Position numbers and translations under genes: made by a program | Part shown: one piece after another, positions 40,360-50,747 of the stretch | How positions within the stretch are numbered: the first letter of the stretch is position 1 | Layout of the letters: each line of letters starts with the position of its first letter | The notes under the pieces: generated by a model | Databases searched by the model: none | The model's input: the letters and a program-made list of their open reading frames with translations, nothing else | What the model was told of the DNA's origin: nothing | DNA from: Candidatus Multivorans sp. | Lineage (GTDB): Bacteria > Acidobacteriota > Thermoanaerobaculia > Multivoradales > Multivoraceae | Length of the DNA: 64,000 nucleotides | Reading direction: 5' to 3' | NCBI GenBank assembly: GCA_965224025.1 | Contig: OZ245033.1 | Location: 4,544,001 to 4,608,000, forward strand

Positions 40360-41520
40360 CTACGACGCCCCAGCCCCAAACGCCGAGAACGGCATCGCCG
40401 CCGGCACGGCAACAATCCGGTCGTCGATTGCATACCTCTGGTCGCCTGGATAGACGACGTAGAGCGCATCCAGCCGGAGGTCGTTCACGGCAACGATCAT
40501 CGAGCGGGTTCGGCGCGGAGCGTCGACGCGCTTGATCTCGAGGCCGACCCGGCGGCCCTGCGTCAACAGCAAGAGGTCGAGTTCGGCGCCGTTGTGGGTG
40601 GCCCAGAAGTAGACCTCGTCCGGAACCGACTCCGCGATCACCTTCTCCAGGATGAACCCCTCCCAGGAAGCGCCGATGCGGGGGTGCAGATGGAGGGCAT
40701 CCATCGTGCCGACGCCGATCAACTGGTGGTAGAGCCCGGCATCCCGAAGGTAGACCTTGGTCCGCTTGACCTGGCGCTTGCGCAGGTTCTCGTGCCACGG
40801 CCGCAACTGCCGGATCATGAACAAGTGCTCCAGCAGGTCGACGTATCGCCGAACCGTCGCCTGGGCAACACCGAGGGCCGTCGCCAACTCGGCGACGTTG
40901 AGAATCTGCCCGTGGTAGTGCGCGACCATGGCCAAGAACCGGTGGAGAGCCGGAACGCTCAGCGCGGCCCCGAACTGCGGCAGGTCTCGCTCCACGAAGG
41001 TTCTGAGAAAGGCCCTACGCCAGGCCAGACTGTCGGCATCCGTCGAGGCCAGGAACGACAGCGGAAAGCCGCCGCGCATCCACAAGTCCGGCATCCGCGC
41101 GACGCCGACCTCATCGACGCCGAAGCCGCCGAGTTCGATGTACTCGATACGTCCGGCCAGCGATTCGGAACTCTGGCGCAGCAGATCCGGACCCGCGCTG
41201 CCGAGCACCAGGAAACGCGCCGGGTTGTCGTCGCGGTCGACCAGGACCCGCAACACCGGGAACAGGTCGGGCCGGCGCTGCACTTCGTCGATGACGACCA
41301 GACCGGCCAAGTCCTGAAGCGCCGTCCGCGGGTTCTCCAGCCGTGCCAGGCTGATCGGATCTTCGAGGTCGAAGTAGTTGGCCGAGTCGGCAGACACGAG
41401 TTGCCGGGCCAGAGTGGTCTTGCCAGACTGGCGCGGCCCGACGATCGTGACGACAGGAAAACGGCCGAGCGCCGTCGTTACGAAGTCCTGGGCCGTACGG
41501 GGAACTAGGTCACGCGCCAT
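40360..41520 (-). CDS. AAA_14 / DUF4143 ATP-binding protein
   Basis: GPRQSGKT Walker A, VIDEVQ Walker B, ESLAGR, RGGFP, GASWEG, AELDL...GLEIK. Confidence 0.92.
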   Translation of the reverse strand: MARDLVPRTAQDFVTTALGRFPVVTIVGPRQSGKTTLARQLVSADSANYFDLEDPISLARLENPRTALQDLAGLVVIDEVQRRPDLFPVLRVLVDRDDNPARFLVLGSAGPDLLRQSSESLAGRIEYIELGGFGVDEVGVARMPDLWMRGGFPLSFLASTDADSLAWRRAFLRTFVERDLPQFGAALSVPALHRFLAMVAHYHGQILNVAELATALGVAQATVRRYVDLLEHLFMIRQLRPWHENLRKRQVKRTKVYLRDAGLYHQLIGVGTMDALHLHPRIGASWEGFILEKVIAESVPDEVYFWATHNGAELDLLLLTQGRRVGLEIKRVDAPRRTRSMIVAVNDLRLDALYVVYPGDQRYAIDDRIVAVPAAMPFSAFGAGAS

Positions 41521-41604
41521 TGGATCCACGATAACACGCACATGGACTGCGGTTTTTCATGGATCTTCGCGCGTGCCGGGGGCCGGAGGGGTCAAGCCAA
41601 GCGT

Positions 41605-42219
41605 TTACTCCACGACGCGTTTCAGCAGCTCGACGAGCTTCGCCGTGTTCTCCTGATTGTCGTCCTTCGTCATCTTTGCGGCACCGCCGCCTCCGAGCTT
41701 GAAGCCGAGGCCGGTGCCGGCGCCGTAGCCGTGGTAGAGAGCCAGGACTCTGCCGTCCGCGTTGTGGACCAACTCACACTCCAGGAGAGAAACGGACTTT
41801 CCCGCTCCACCGCCGACCGCGTAACGGAGCATCCGGCTGCCCGGCTCCACTTCCAATGTACAGTCGATCCGAAGGGAGTCGTCGTCCGCGCTCGCCCGGG
41901 GCTCATCCAGAACCCGGCTGAACAGCCCCGACTTCTCCAGTCGCTCGGAAAGCTGTTCACGCAACTGAGCATCCAGTTCGCGTTCCTGCAACGGCGCTTC
42001 ATTCGATGCCTTCTTCCAGGCGATGTCCGTTGTGGTCTCGCCGATGGCGACCACCTCGAAGGTCGCGAGGGCATCCCCGTCGTACACCTTCAGCCATCGC
42101 CCCTTGAACTTGCCGGGGTTCTTGCCGATCGTCTCCTCGGCGGCGCTTGCCGCGGGCGCTGCCACCAGAAGCGGCAACACCAGCCATGCCACCGTCCCGA
42201 TCCAACCTGCGTTCCTCAT
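41605..42219 (-). CDS. Secreted protein, DUF4410-like
   Basis: Signal peptide; EPGSRMLRYAVGGGAGKS motif. Confidence 0.65.
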   Translation of the reverse strand: MRNAGWIGTVAWLVLPLLVAAPAASAAEETIGKNPGKFKGRWLKVYDGDALATFEVVAIGETTTDIAWKKASNEAPLQERELDAQLREQLSERLEKSGLFSRVLDEPRASADDDSLRIDCTLEVEPGSRMLRYAVGGGAGKSVSLLECELVHNADGRVLALYHGYGAGTGLGFKLGGGGAAKMTKDDNQENTAKLVELLKRVVE

Positions 42220-42247
42220 CTTGCGTGTCCTTGCCGGCCCTCTATGG

Positions 42248-43459
42248 TCAGGTCCTCACGTCGCCTTCCGACCACTCTACCCGCCTCCCCTCCGCAGCCG
42301 ACACGTACGCCGCGTACAGCACCCGCACGACCTCCAGGCCGAGCGCACCGTCGGACTCGGCGGGCTCGCCCGCCAGTAGCGCATCGGCAAACGCCTTGCA
42401 CATGCCGAACTGGCCGGAGGTCCAGTCCTCATCCGGCATCGGGGTCGTCCAGCCGGCGCCGGAGTCGACCTTCTCCATGATGTAGGCGTCGCCGAAGACG
42501 CCGCCGTCGGGCGCGTAGGCGCGGAGCGTGTCGTTGGGGCTCAGGTTGAGGCGCAGGCGACAGTTGCTGGCGAACAGGTCGAGTCCGCTCTCCATGCCGC
42601 CGAGGACGTGATCGCCGCCCCAGGCGACGGCGCGCGAGCCGTCGTCGAAGCCGATCGTGGCGCAGCCCCAGTTCTCGACTTGGCCCCATTCCCCGGCGAT
42701 CCGCAGTTCGCCCTCCGACAGGCCGTCAACCGCACTGAGATCGGCGGTCTCCGCGCTGACCCAGACCGGCAGTACCGCCTTGCCGCGACGGCGCAGGCCC
42801 TCGACCCGCTTCAGGTGCAGCATGGCGCCGACCGGATGGGCGGCGAGCCGAATCAGGGCGCCGCCGCCGGTGTGCCGCCAGACCCGCGAGTAGGGCGAGT
42901 GGGAGCCGCTGTGGCACTCGCCGCCGCGCATCTCTAGCAGAACCGCGTCCGCCTGTTCGAGCAAGCCGAGGGCGCGGCGGAAGGCCGGGGCATAGATCCA
43001 GTTCTCGCCATAGAGGAGCTGTACGCCTGCCCCGTTTGCCGCCTCGACCATGGCGCGCGCGTCCGCCGCCGCCACGCGCAGCATCTCGCGGCGGTCACGG
43101 CCGGCGACCTCGGCGTCGGCCGCCGTCTCCGGCAGGTCCTGGCCGGTGTAGGCGGTCAGGGGCTTGGTGCAGATGACGTGCTTTCCCGCCGCGGCGGCGG
43201 CCTCGGTCATCTCCCGGTGCAGGCTGTTCGGCGCGCAGAGGTCGACGACGTCGACTACGGGGCTCGCCAGCATCGCGTCGAGGTCGTCGAACACGGCCGG
43301 CACGCTGAAGCGGTGGGCGTAGGCCTCGGCTCGTTCCGGACGACGCGAAGCGACTCCCCGGATTGAGGCTGAACGCACCTGCCTCCAGCAGCGGGCCCTG
43401 GTTTCGGCCAGGAATCCGGCTCCGACGATGCCAACGCGTAGCTGTCGCGAATCTCCCAT
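42248..43459 (-). CDS. Gfo/Idh/MocA oxidoreductase
   Basis: VGIVGAGF, AGKHVICTKPL, GGGALI. Confidence 0.88.
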   Translation of the reverse strand: MGDSRQLRVGIVGAGFLAETRARCWRQVRSASIRGVASRRPERAEAYAHRFSVPAVFDDLDAMLASPVVDVVDLCAPNSLHREMTEAAAAAGKHVICTKPLTAYTGQDLPETAADAEVAGRDRREMLRVAAADARAMVEAANGAGVQLLYGENWIYAPAFRRALGLLEQADAVLLEMRGGECHSGSHSPYSRVWRHTGGGALIRLAAHPVGAMLHLKRVEGLRRRGKAVLPVWVSAETADLSAVDGLSEGELRIAGEWGQVENWGCATIGFDDGSRAVAWGGDHVLGGMESGLDLFASNCRLRLNLSPNDTLRAYAPDGGVFGDAYIMEKVDSGAGWTTPMPDEDWTSGQFGMCKAFADALLAGEPAESDGALGLEVVRVLYAAYVSAAEGRRVEWSEGDVRT

Positions 43460-43605
43460 CGACTCGCGGCGAGCATAGCGCCGGGTGCCAGCGCCGATCT
43501 TCCCCGGATTCCGCCTCGCGCGGATGCCGGCCGGAGGCCGGCGCAGCCAGCGGGCAGGAAGGTACGATTGGCGACCGCCTTCCCCGCCCACACTGAAACA
43601 GGAAC

Positions 43606-45669
43606 ATGGAGACGATCCGCATCGCTGCCGCCGTCTGCGCCGTTCTCCTGGCCGCTCCGGCAGCCGCCCAGCGCGGCGCCCCGGCCGGCGAGTGGCCGAG
43701 CTACGGCGGCGACGTGGGATCGACGAAGTACTCGCCGCTCGATCAGATCGACGCCGGCAACTTCAGCGAGCTCGAAAACGTATGGCGCTGGCGTTCGATC
43801 GACGGGTTTCTGAGCAAGGCGGAGGCCGGCGGCGAGTGGTACGCCAACCGCGAACTGATCTTCGACCAGTTGCTCGAGGAGGATCCGCTGCTCTGGCGCG
43901 CGGGCCGCGCCCCCTTCATCCGCAACCTGAAGGCGACGCCACTGATGCAGGACGGTCTGCTCCTGCTGAACACGCCGATCGCGATCGGCGCCGCCGTTCA
44001 TCCGGCGACCGGCGAAACGGTGTGGGCCTACAACCCGAAGAGCTACGAGAGCGGCACGACGACGATGACCGTGGTCTGGAACCAGCGCGGCGTCGCGTAC
44101 TGGACGAACGGCGAGGAGGGCGACGAAGCCGCCAGCCGCGTCTACTGGGGCACCGGGGACGGCTACCTGATCTCGGTCGACGCCCGCACCGGGCGGCCGA
44201 TCGAGGAGTTCGGGAACCGCGGCCGAGTCGACCTGATGGAAGGTCTGCCGCGCGCCAACCGCGGCGAGCGGGACTACCTGAACGCCCTGCTCTACTCGAT
44301 GCAGTCGCCGCCGGTCGTGGTCCGGAACGTCGTCGTCACCGGCGCCTCGATCGCCGACCGCCGGATCACCAAGGAGTCGATACCGGGCTGGGTGCGCGGC
44401 TGGGACGCACGCAGCGGCGAACTGCGCTGGGTGTTCCGCACCGTGCCGCAGGAGGGCGACGAGGGGGTCGAGACCTGGGGCGACGAGTCCTGGCGCTACT
44501 CGGGCAACGCGAACGTGTGGACGATGCTCTCGGGAGACAACGAGCACGGGATCGTCTACCTGCCCATCGGCACGGCGACGAACGACTTCTACGGCGGCCA
44601 CCGGCCGGGCGACAACCTGTACTCGGAGAGTCTGGTCGCCGTCGACGTCGAGACCGGCGACAAGCTCTGGCACTTCCAGGCGGTCCGCCACGGCCTCTGG
44701 GACTACGACTTCCCGGCCGCCCCGACACTGATCGACCTGCCCGGCAGAAACGGCGCCGACTCCCGGAAGATCGTCGCCCAGGTCAGCAAGCAGGGCTTCC
44801 TCTACGTCTTCGACCGCGTCACCGGGGAACCGGTGTGGGAGATCGAGGACCGTCCGGCGCCGCCGGCAACGATGCCCGGCGACGCCGCCTCTCCCACCCA
44901 GCCCTTTCCGACCAAGCCGGCACCCTTTGAGTACCAGGGCGTCGCCGAGGACGATCTGGCCGATTTCACGCCCGAGATCAATCAGATGGCTCTCGACGCG
45001 ATCGCCAACTTCGAGATCGGGCCGCTCTACACGCCACCGTCCCTCGCGGTACGAGGAGGCAAACAGGGGACGATCTTCCGACCCTCGGCCGGCGGAGGCG
45101 CGAACTGGTACGGCGCCGCGGTCGACCCGGAGACCGGCTGGCTCTACGTGCCGTCGAGGAACGCCTTCAGCATGGTCACGTTCTACACGCCGGACCGAAA
45201 CGAGGGCGGCACGCTCCGCTACACCCACGGCGGCCGCGGCAGACGGCCCGAGATGCCGGAGGGTCTGCCGCTGTTCAAGCCGCCGTACACCCGCATGACC
45301 GCAATCGACCTCAACACCGGCGAGCACGTGTGGATGAAGCCGCTCGGCAACAACGACCGCCTGCGCAACCACCCGCGCCTGAAGGACCTCGACCTGCCGC
45401 CCCTCGGCGGCGACACCTACACCGGTCCGCTGCTGACGAAGACTGTGCTCATCCACGGCCAGCACGCTCCGGACGAAGACGGCGGCAACCGGCTCGTCGC
45501 GCGGGACAAGCGCACCGGCGACGTGATCGCGGACGTGCCGCTGCCCGCGCGCGGACTGGGCACGCCGATGACGTATCTGTATGAGGGGCGGCAGTACATC
45601 GCGCTGACCGTAGCCGGGCGCGCGGAGACGGACTGGGTGCCGGAGTTGCTGGCGTTCGCTCTGCCTTGA
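43606..45669 (+). CDS. PQQ-dependent (glucose dehydrogenase-like) quinoprotein
   Basis: KYSPLDQID, PGWVRGWD, WHFQAVRHGLWDYD, PMTYLYEGRQYI. Confidence 0.9.
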   Translation: METIRIAAAVCAVLLAAPAAAQRGAPAGEWPSYGGDVGSTKYSPLDQIDAGNFSELENVWRWRSIDGFLSKAEAGGEWYANRELIFDQLLEEDPLLWRAGRAPFIRNLKATPLMQDGLLLLNTPIAIGAAVHPATGETVWAYNPKSYESGTTTMTVVWNQRGVAYWTNGEEGDEAASRVYWGTGDGYLISVDARTGRPIEEFGNRGRVDLMEGLPRANRGERDYLNALLYSMQSPPVVVRNVVVTGASIADRRITKESIPGWVRGWDARSGELRWVFRTVPQEGDEGVETWGDESWRYSGNANVWTMLSGDNEHGIVYLPIGTATNDFYGGHRPGDNLYSESLVAVDVETGDKLWHFQAVRHGLWDYDFPAAPTLIDLPGRNGADSRKIVAQVSKQGFLYVFDRVTGEPVWEIEDRPAPPATMPGDAASPTQPFPTKPAPFEYQGVAEDDLADFTPEINQMALDAIANFEIGPLYTPPSLAVRGGKQGTIFRPSAGGGANWYGAAVDPETGWLYVPSRNAFSMVTFYTPDRNEGGTLRYTHGGRGRRPEMPEGLPLFKPPYTRMTAIDLNTGEHVWMKPLGNNDRLRNHPRLKDLDLPPLGGDTYTGPLLTKTVLIHGQHAPDEDGGNRLVARDKRTGDVIADVPLPARGLGTPMTYLYEGRQYIALTVAGRAETDWVPELLAFALP

Positions 45670-45773
45670 CCCTCTGGCCAGCGGCTACGCTTGGATCGCG
45701 GAAACGAAACCCACCTACACGGACTTCCACCACGAGCTGCTAGATGAGATCCACTATGCGAGAGACCTTGAGC

Positions 45774-45841
45774 TGTCATCCATGCGCCCGATGACGGGCA
45801 CACGGACTGGTTCACGAGCGGCGCGGATCGCGCCGCTCGGG
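45774..45841 (+). repeat. 68-bp double-hairpin repeat, copy 3 (overlaps start of lipoprotein gene)
   Basis: Same core; second stem CGAGCGGCGCG-GAT-CGCGCCGCTCG shows compensatory changes. Confidence 0.85.
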
Positions 45842-46507
45842 TTGGCGATCTTGGCGGCCTTGCTGGCCGGTTGCGACGGTCCGCCCAACGTCACTGTTGT
45901 CAACGGTCCGGGCGCCCAGTCCATCAAGGGCGAGGTCTGGGCCGACAACTGGTTCGCCTTCTATCTGGGCGAGAGCCTGATCGTCGAGGATTCGACGCCG
46001 ATCACGACGGAGCGGTCCTTCAATGCCGAGACGTTCGTCTTCCACGCCGAGTACCCGTTGCAACTGAACTTCGTCGCCAAGGACTTCAAGCAAGACGATA
46101 CGGGTCTGGAGTACATCGGCCGCGGCAACCAGCAGATGGGCGATGGCGGACTCATCGCACAGTTCACCGATACCGCCACGGGAGCCACGGTCGCGGTCAC
46201 GAACGCTGCTTGGCGATGCCTCGTGATCCACGAGGCGCCGCTCGACCGCGCTTGCGAAGACGAGGCCGAACCGGCGCCCGGCGTCGGCCCTTGCCGGTTC
46301 GCGGCGTCGGCAGAGCCTGACGGCTGGCGCATGCCTGAATTCGACCACGCCGACTGGCCGTCAGCGGTGGAGCACAGCGCAGCCGCGGTGAGACCGAAGG
46401 GCGGCTACGACGACATTCCGTGGCGGGACGGAGCGCGCCTGATCTGGTCAGACGACCTCGAAACGCACAATACGCTGCTGTGTCGCCTAACTGTCGAGCA
46501 ACCCTGA
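45782..46507 (+). CDS. Hypothetical lipoprotein
   Basis: LLAGC lipobox; WADNWF, ITTERSFN, QQMGDGGLIAQ, LIWSDDLET.N. Confidence 0.75.
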   Translation: MRPMTGTRTGSRAARIAPLGLAILAALLAGCDGPPNVTVVNGPGAQSIKGEVWADNWFAFYLGESLIVEDSTPITTERSFNAETFVFHAEYPLQLNFVAKDFKQDDTGLEYIGRGNQQMGDGGLIAQFTDTATGATVAVTNAAWRCLVIHEAPLDRACEDEAEPAPGVGPCRFAASAEPDGWRMPEFDHADWPSAVEHSAAAVRPKGGYDDIPWRDGARLIWSDDLETHNTLLCRLTVEQP

Positions 46508-47203
46508 AGGCGTCCGTTCGATCCGAGCCGGCATCGGCGTCGCTTCGGCCTGACGACGCGCCAGGGAGATCCGGGCGCGGCGCGCCACGAACCACACGCA
46601 GATCAGGAGCAGAGCGATCGCGTTGATCCTGAGCGGCAGGATCATCGTCGTGTGGACGGTCTCGGGCGACGACTGCATCTGGTGGATGCTGCGCCACCAG
46701 TTGACCGAGTAGTACACCAGGGGCGCGTTGACCGAGGCGACGATGCTCGCCGCCGCCGTCCACGGCGCCCGCCGGTGCTCCTCCGCGAAGCGCCGCAGGG
46801 CCAGCACGCCGAGGAAGGTGAGCCACATGACGAAGGTGAAGGTCAGCCGCGGATCCCAGTCCCAGTAAACGCCCCAGGTCGGCTTGGCCCAGACGATGCC
46901 GGAGAGCAGGCCCGCCGTCTCGAGCACGACCCCGACCTCGATCACGCCGACCAGCATGCCGTCGACCCAGTCCTTGCGCGTCCATAGCGAGGCTGCGCCC
47001 ACGAAGCCGGCGCCGAAGAAGCACACCAGGGCGTTCCACTGCAGCGGCACATGGACGTAGAGGATGCGGTAGACGTCGCCCATGTTGCGCTCTCTGGGCG
47101 CCACGAAGAGGCCGATGTAGACGCCCGCGATCAACACGGCGAGCCCCACCAGGCCGAACCAATGCTCCCAGGCCCAGCCGCGTCTCGAGTCTGCCGCCGT
47201 CAT
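46487..47203 (-). CDS. ccmC: Cytochrome c biogenesis heme chaperone CcmC
   Basis: RILYVHVP, WAKPTWGVYWDWDPRLT (WWD domain), WWRSIHQ. Confidence 0.9.
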   Translation of the reverse strand: MTAADSRRGWAWEHWFGLVGLAVLIAGVYIGLFVAPRERNMGDVYRILYVHVPLQWNALVCFFGAGFVGAASLWTRKDWVDGMLVGVIEVGVVLETAGLLSGIVWAKPTWGVYWDWDPRLTFTFVMWLTFLGVLALRRFAEEHRRAPWTAAASIVASVNAPLVYYSVNWWRSIHQMQSSPETVHTTMILPLRINAIALLLICVWFVARRARISLARRQAEATPMPARIERTPSGLLDS

Positions 47204-47388
47204 CGGGCGGGGACGTTAGCACTGGTGTTTCCGGATGCGGGCAGGGATGCCCGCGTGCCATCAGAGCGCTCGAGGACGGGCGCTCGGAGTGGTTCGCGTG
47301 CGGCACGCGAGCGCGCCATACGGGTTCCCAGGGCCAACGTGCTTGATACGGTCGGCGATCACCCAACGACCGGAGGAACCCTCGCGCG

Positions 47389-48282
47389 ATGACGGATTCG
47401 GCAAACATCCTCGGCAAGCTCGGCGTATGGGCCGGGCTCGACGGTCTTTCGGCGCCCCAGGCAGCCGAGTTCGCAGCCGGCATCGAAGCACGGGGCTACG
47501 GCGCTCTGTGGACACCCGAAGCGATCGGCCGCGATCCATTCGCGCTCGTCGCGTATCTCGGCGCCCGCACGGAGCGCCTGACGCACGCCACGGGCATCGC
47601 GAACATCTACGCCCGCGACGCGATGACGACGAAGGCGGTCCACAAGACGCTCTCCGAGATGCTGCCCGGGCGTTTCGTGCTCGGCCTCGGCGTCTCCCAT
47701 CCGCACTTGGTCACTCACCTGCGAGGCCACGAGTACAAGCCGCCGGTGCCGAAGATGCGCGAGTACCTCGAAGCGGTCGGCAAGGCGTTCTATCGCGGCC
47801 CCAAGCCCGAGCAGGAAGCGCCGATCGTGATCGCCGCTTTGAGACCCTTGATGCTGAAGCTCGCCGCCACCGGCGCCGACGGCGCCCATCCCTACCTGGT
47901 CACCCCGGAGCACACCGGGCGCGCACGCGAGATCATGGGCGACGGGCCGCTGCTATGTCCCGAGCAGAAGGTGATCCTGACCACCGACGCGAAGGCCGCC
48001 CGCGAGATCGGCCGCACCAACCTCTACGTCTACCTGCGCGCCCCGAACTACCAGAACAGCCTGCTCGAACTCGGCTTCAACGAGAACGACTGGAAGGACT
48101 TCCAGGCCAGCGATCGCCTCGTCGACGCGCTCATCGTCTGGGGGACGGAAGACGAGATCCGCGACCGTATTCAGGCCCATTGGGATGCCGGCGCCGACCA
48201 CGTCTGCATCCAGCCGTTCCGGCCCGACGGCAAGCCGGGAGCGGACCTCAAGGCGCTGGCCGCCCTGGCGCCCGGCCGTTGA
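47389..48282 (+). CDS. LLM-class F420-dependent oxidoreductase
   Basis: ATGIANIYARD, GRFVLGLGVSH, AALRP.ML, GAHPYLVTPEHT, AGADHVCIQ. Confidence 0.9.
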   Translation: MTDSANILGKLGVWAGLDGLSAPQAAEFAAGIEARGYGALWTPEAIGRDPFALVAYLGARTERLTHATGIANIYARDAMTTKAVHKTLSEMLPGRFVLGLGVSHPHLVTHLRGHEYKPPVPKMREYLEAVGKAFYRGPKPEQEAPIVIAALRPLMLKLAATGADGAHPYLVTPEHTGRAREIMGDGPLLCPEQKVILTTDAKAAREIGRTNLYVYLRAPNYQNSLLELGFNENDWKDFQASDRLVDALIVWGTEDEIRDRIQAHWDAGADHVCIQPFRPDGKPGADLKALAALAPGR

Positions 48283-48310
48283 CAGCCACACCATTCAAGG
48301 AGACACCAAG

Positions 48311-49504
48311 ATGACCAACCGACCACTCGCCCGCGAGATCGCGATCGCCTCCCTTCTCGCCGTGGCCGCCCTCGCCTGCACCGCGGGCGAGGAAGCGCCC
48401 GAACCCGTCGATCTTCAGGCGCCCCTCGCCGATCTGCAGGAAGGCTGGAACACGATCACGCCAAGTGGGGACACGACGTGCTCCGACGGCTCGCCGTTCC
48501 GGTTCTTCGTCCGCGCCGGCGATCCGACCCAGCTCGTCTTCTACCTCCAGGGCGGCGGCGGCTGCTGGAATGCCGAAACCTGCGACCCCCAGGGGGAACC
48601 GACCTACACGATGACCGCGATCGAGGAAATGCGCTCCCCGAGCGGCGCCGACCCCGAAGAAGGCACGGCCCACGGCATTGCCGCCTTCAACCATCCCGAG
48701 AACCCGTTCGCCGACCACAGTTTCGTCTTCGTCCCCTACTGCACGGGCGACGTGCACATCGGCGACCGCGACGCCGTCTACGAGGTGCCGGCGACGGACG
48801 AGGCGCCGGCGCGCGAGGTGACCGTCCACCACCGCGGCTACACGAACGGCAAGGCAGCGCTCGACTGGACCTACGAGCACTTCCTGGGGCCCGAGACGGT
48901 GTTCATCACCGGTTCGAGCGCCGGCTCGATTCCCTCGCCGGTCTATGCGCGCCACTTCGCGGAGCACTACGCCGGCGCGCGGATCACGGCGCTGGGCGAC
49001 GGCGCCGGGGGCTACCGGCAGATCGGCGGCAGCCAGCCGCACGAGGCCTGGGGAACCCTTGCCGCGCTCTCCCACTTTGAGAACATGGCCGACGTCACCA
49101 ACGAGGACTTCTCCTTCGAGGCGCTGTACGTCAAGGCCGCCAAGGCCCACCCCGAGGTCATGTTCGCGCGCTACGACACCGCCGAGGACGATGTCCAACT
49201 GCGCTTCCTGATGCTCGCCGGCGCGAACCCCGAGGAGGGTCTGCAGCCGCTGCTCGACGCGAACGAGGCGGACATCGACGCGGCCCTCGAGGGCCAGGAC
49301 AACTACCGGAGCTACATCGCGCCGGGCGAGCTGCACACGATCATGCTGCGGCCTCAGTTCTACAGCTTCGAGTCCGACGGCGTACGGGTCCGGGACTGGG
49401 TGGCGTCGCTTGCAGCCGGCGAGCCGGTCGCCGATATCCACTGCGGCGACTGCACCGACTCGCCCATGCCCGAGGCGGAGGGCGGCGAAGCGACCGGCGG
49501 CTAA
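48311..49504 (+). CDS. Pectinacetylesterase/Notum-like lipoprotein
   Basis: Lipobox ALAC; CSDGSP, YLQGGGGCW, VPYCTGDVH, TGSSAG. Confidence 0.82.
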   Translation: MTNRPLAREIAIASLLAVAALACTAGEEAPEPVDLQAPLADLQEGWNTITPSGDTTCSDGSPFRFFVRAGDPTQLVFYLQGGGGCWNAETCDPQGEPTYTMTAIEEMRSPSGADPEEGTAHGIAAFNHPENPFADHSFVFVPYCTGDVHIGDRDAVYEVPATDEAPAREVTVHHRGYTNGKAALDWTYEHFLGPETVFITGSSAGSIPSPVYARHFAEHYAGARITALGDGAGGYRQIGGSQPHEAWGTLAALSHFENMADVTNEDFSFEALYVKAAKAHPEVMFARYDTAEDDVQLRFLMLAGANPEEGLQPLLDANEADIDAALEGQDNYRSYIAPGELHTIMLRPQFYSFESDGVRVRDWVASLAAGEPVADIHCGDCTDSPMPEAEGGEATGG

Positions 49505-49510
49505 CCGCCC

Positions 49511-50650
49511 TTACTCCGGAAACAGGCTCCGGTCCAGGCCCGGAACGATCTTCAGCGCGTTGCGGAAGTAGATCTTCTCGAGCACCTCATCCGACAGGTC
49601 GAGCCCGTACATCTTCCAGTGCGCGTGGCGCTTGCGGTAGTAGTCGAAGTACTCGTCCGCGGTCTCGAGCACCCGGAAGTAGACGTGGTACTCGCTCGGA
49701 TTGTAGGCGTCCTTGCCCATCAGGACGCGGTCCTGGTACTTGGTGAGAAACGCCGCCGCTGTACGCGGCTGACGGCCGAGTTCCGCCAGGACCGCGCCGA
49801 TCTCGGTGTACATGTTCGGCAGCTCGTCGAGCAGTTCCCCGAGCCGGCCGAGGTCGTTGCCCAACCAACCCAGATGGGCGTTGATGAAGATCGTGCCGGG
49901 GTGACGCCGGAACAGGTTGTGCTGTTCGGTCATCGTCTGCTCGAACGAGGCGAAGCGCGAGGGGTCGTCGCGGCGGCGGTTCGGAAACTGCTTGAGCTCC
50001 AGCCAGCGCTCGTTGTGCTCGTCCCAAGGCGCCCAGAACGGCGACGGCTCGCCGACATGGATCAGGACCGGGATACCCAACTCGCCCGCCTTGGCCCACA
50101 CCGGATCGATCCGCGGATCGTCGGCCGGCACCCGCTTGCCGTCACTGTCGGTCTGGAACATGCTGAGGTTCTTGTAGATCTTGAGACCCTGCGCGCCGGC
50201 CAAAACGTCAGCTTCGAGTTGCGCCGCCGCCTTGCCGGCCCAGCCGGGTTGACCGATGCCGGAGAAGTCGACGTTGGCGAAGACGACGAACCGGCTCGGG
50301 TAGCGGCCCTTCGTGGCCGCGATGTTGGCCTTGAGTCCCTCGCCGCTGCCGCCGCTCAGGTTGACGAACACCGCCATGTTCATCTCGTCCATCTCACGGA
50401 CCATCCGGTCGATCCGGGCCGGGTCGCTGCCCCGCAGGTGGGCGTGGGCGTCGACGAAGGGGAACTTCGCCCGCGTCACCGGACCGCCTGGAACCTTGAG
50501 CGTCGAGCGCGGCTCGTAGGCCTCGACGGTCACGTCCTGCGTGCCCTGGCCGAAGACCGGCAGCGCCAGCGCGGCGATCAGGGCCGCGATCGGCAGGGAT
50601 CGCAGGCCCACTCCAGGGATCGTCGCCGTGCAGCGAAACGGTACCGGCAT
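49511..50650 (-). CDS. Secreted amidohydrolase_2-family protein
   Basis: DAHAH, GLKIYK, PVLIHVGEP, FINAH, ELGRQP. Confidence 0.88.
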   Translation of the reverse strand: MPVPFRCTATIPGVGLRSLPIAALIAALALPVFGQGTQDVTVEAYEPRSTLKVPGGPVTRAKFPFVDAHAHLRGSDPARIDRMVREMDEMNMAVFVNLSGGSGEGLKANIAATKGRYPSRFVVFANVDFSGIGQPGWAGKAAAQLEADVLAGAQGLKIYKNLSMFQTDSDGKRVPADDPRIDPVWAKAGELGIPVLIHVGEPSPFWAPWDEHNERWLELKQFPNRRRDDPSRFASFEQTMTEQHNLFRRHPGTIFINAHLGWLGNDLGRLGELLDELPNMYTEIGAVLAELGRQPRTAAAFLTKYQDRVLMGKDAYNPSEYHVYFRVLETADEYFDYYRKRHAHWKMYGLDLSDEVLEKIYFRNALKIVPGLDRSLFPE

Positions 50651-50747
50651 GTTCTCTTCCTCCAAGGTCCAGGTTGCTTCGTCGGAGGCGCGACCGGATG
50701 CGGAGTCTACGGCAGGTTGGTCACGGCGCGCGCGTATACTCCCCGCG

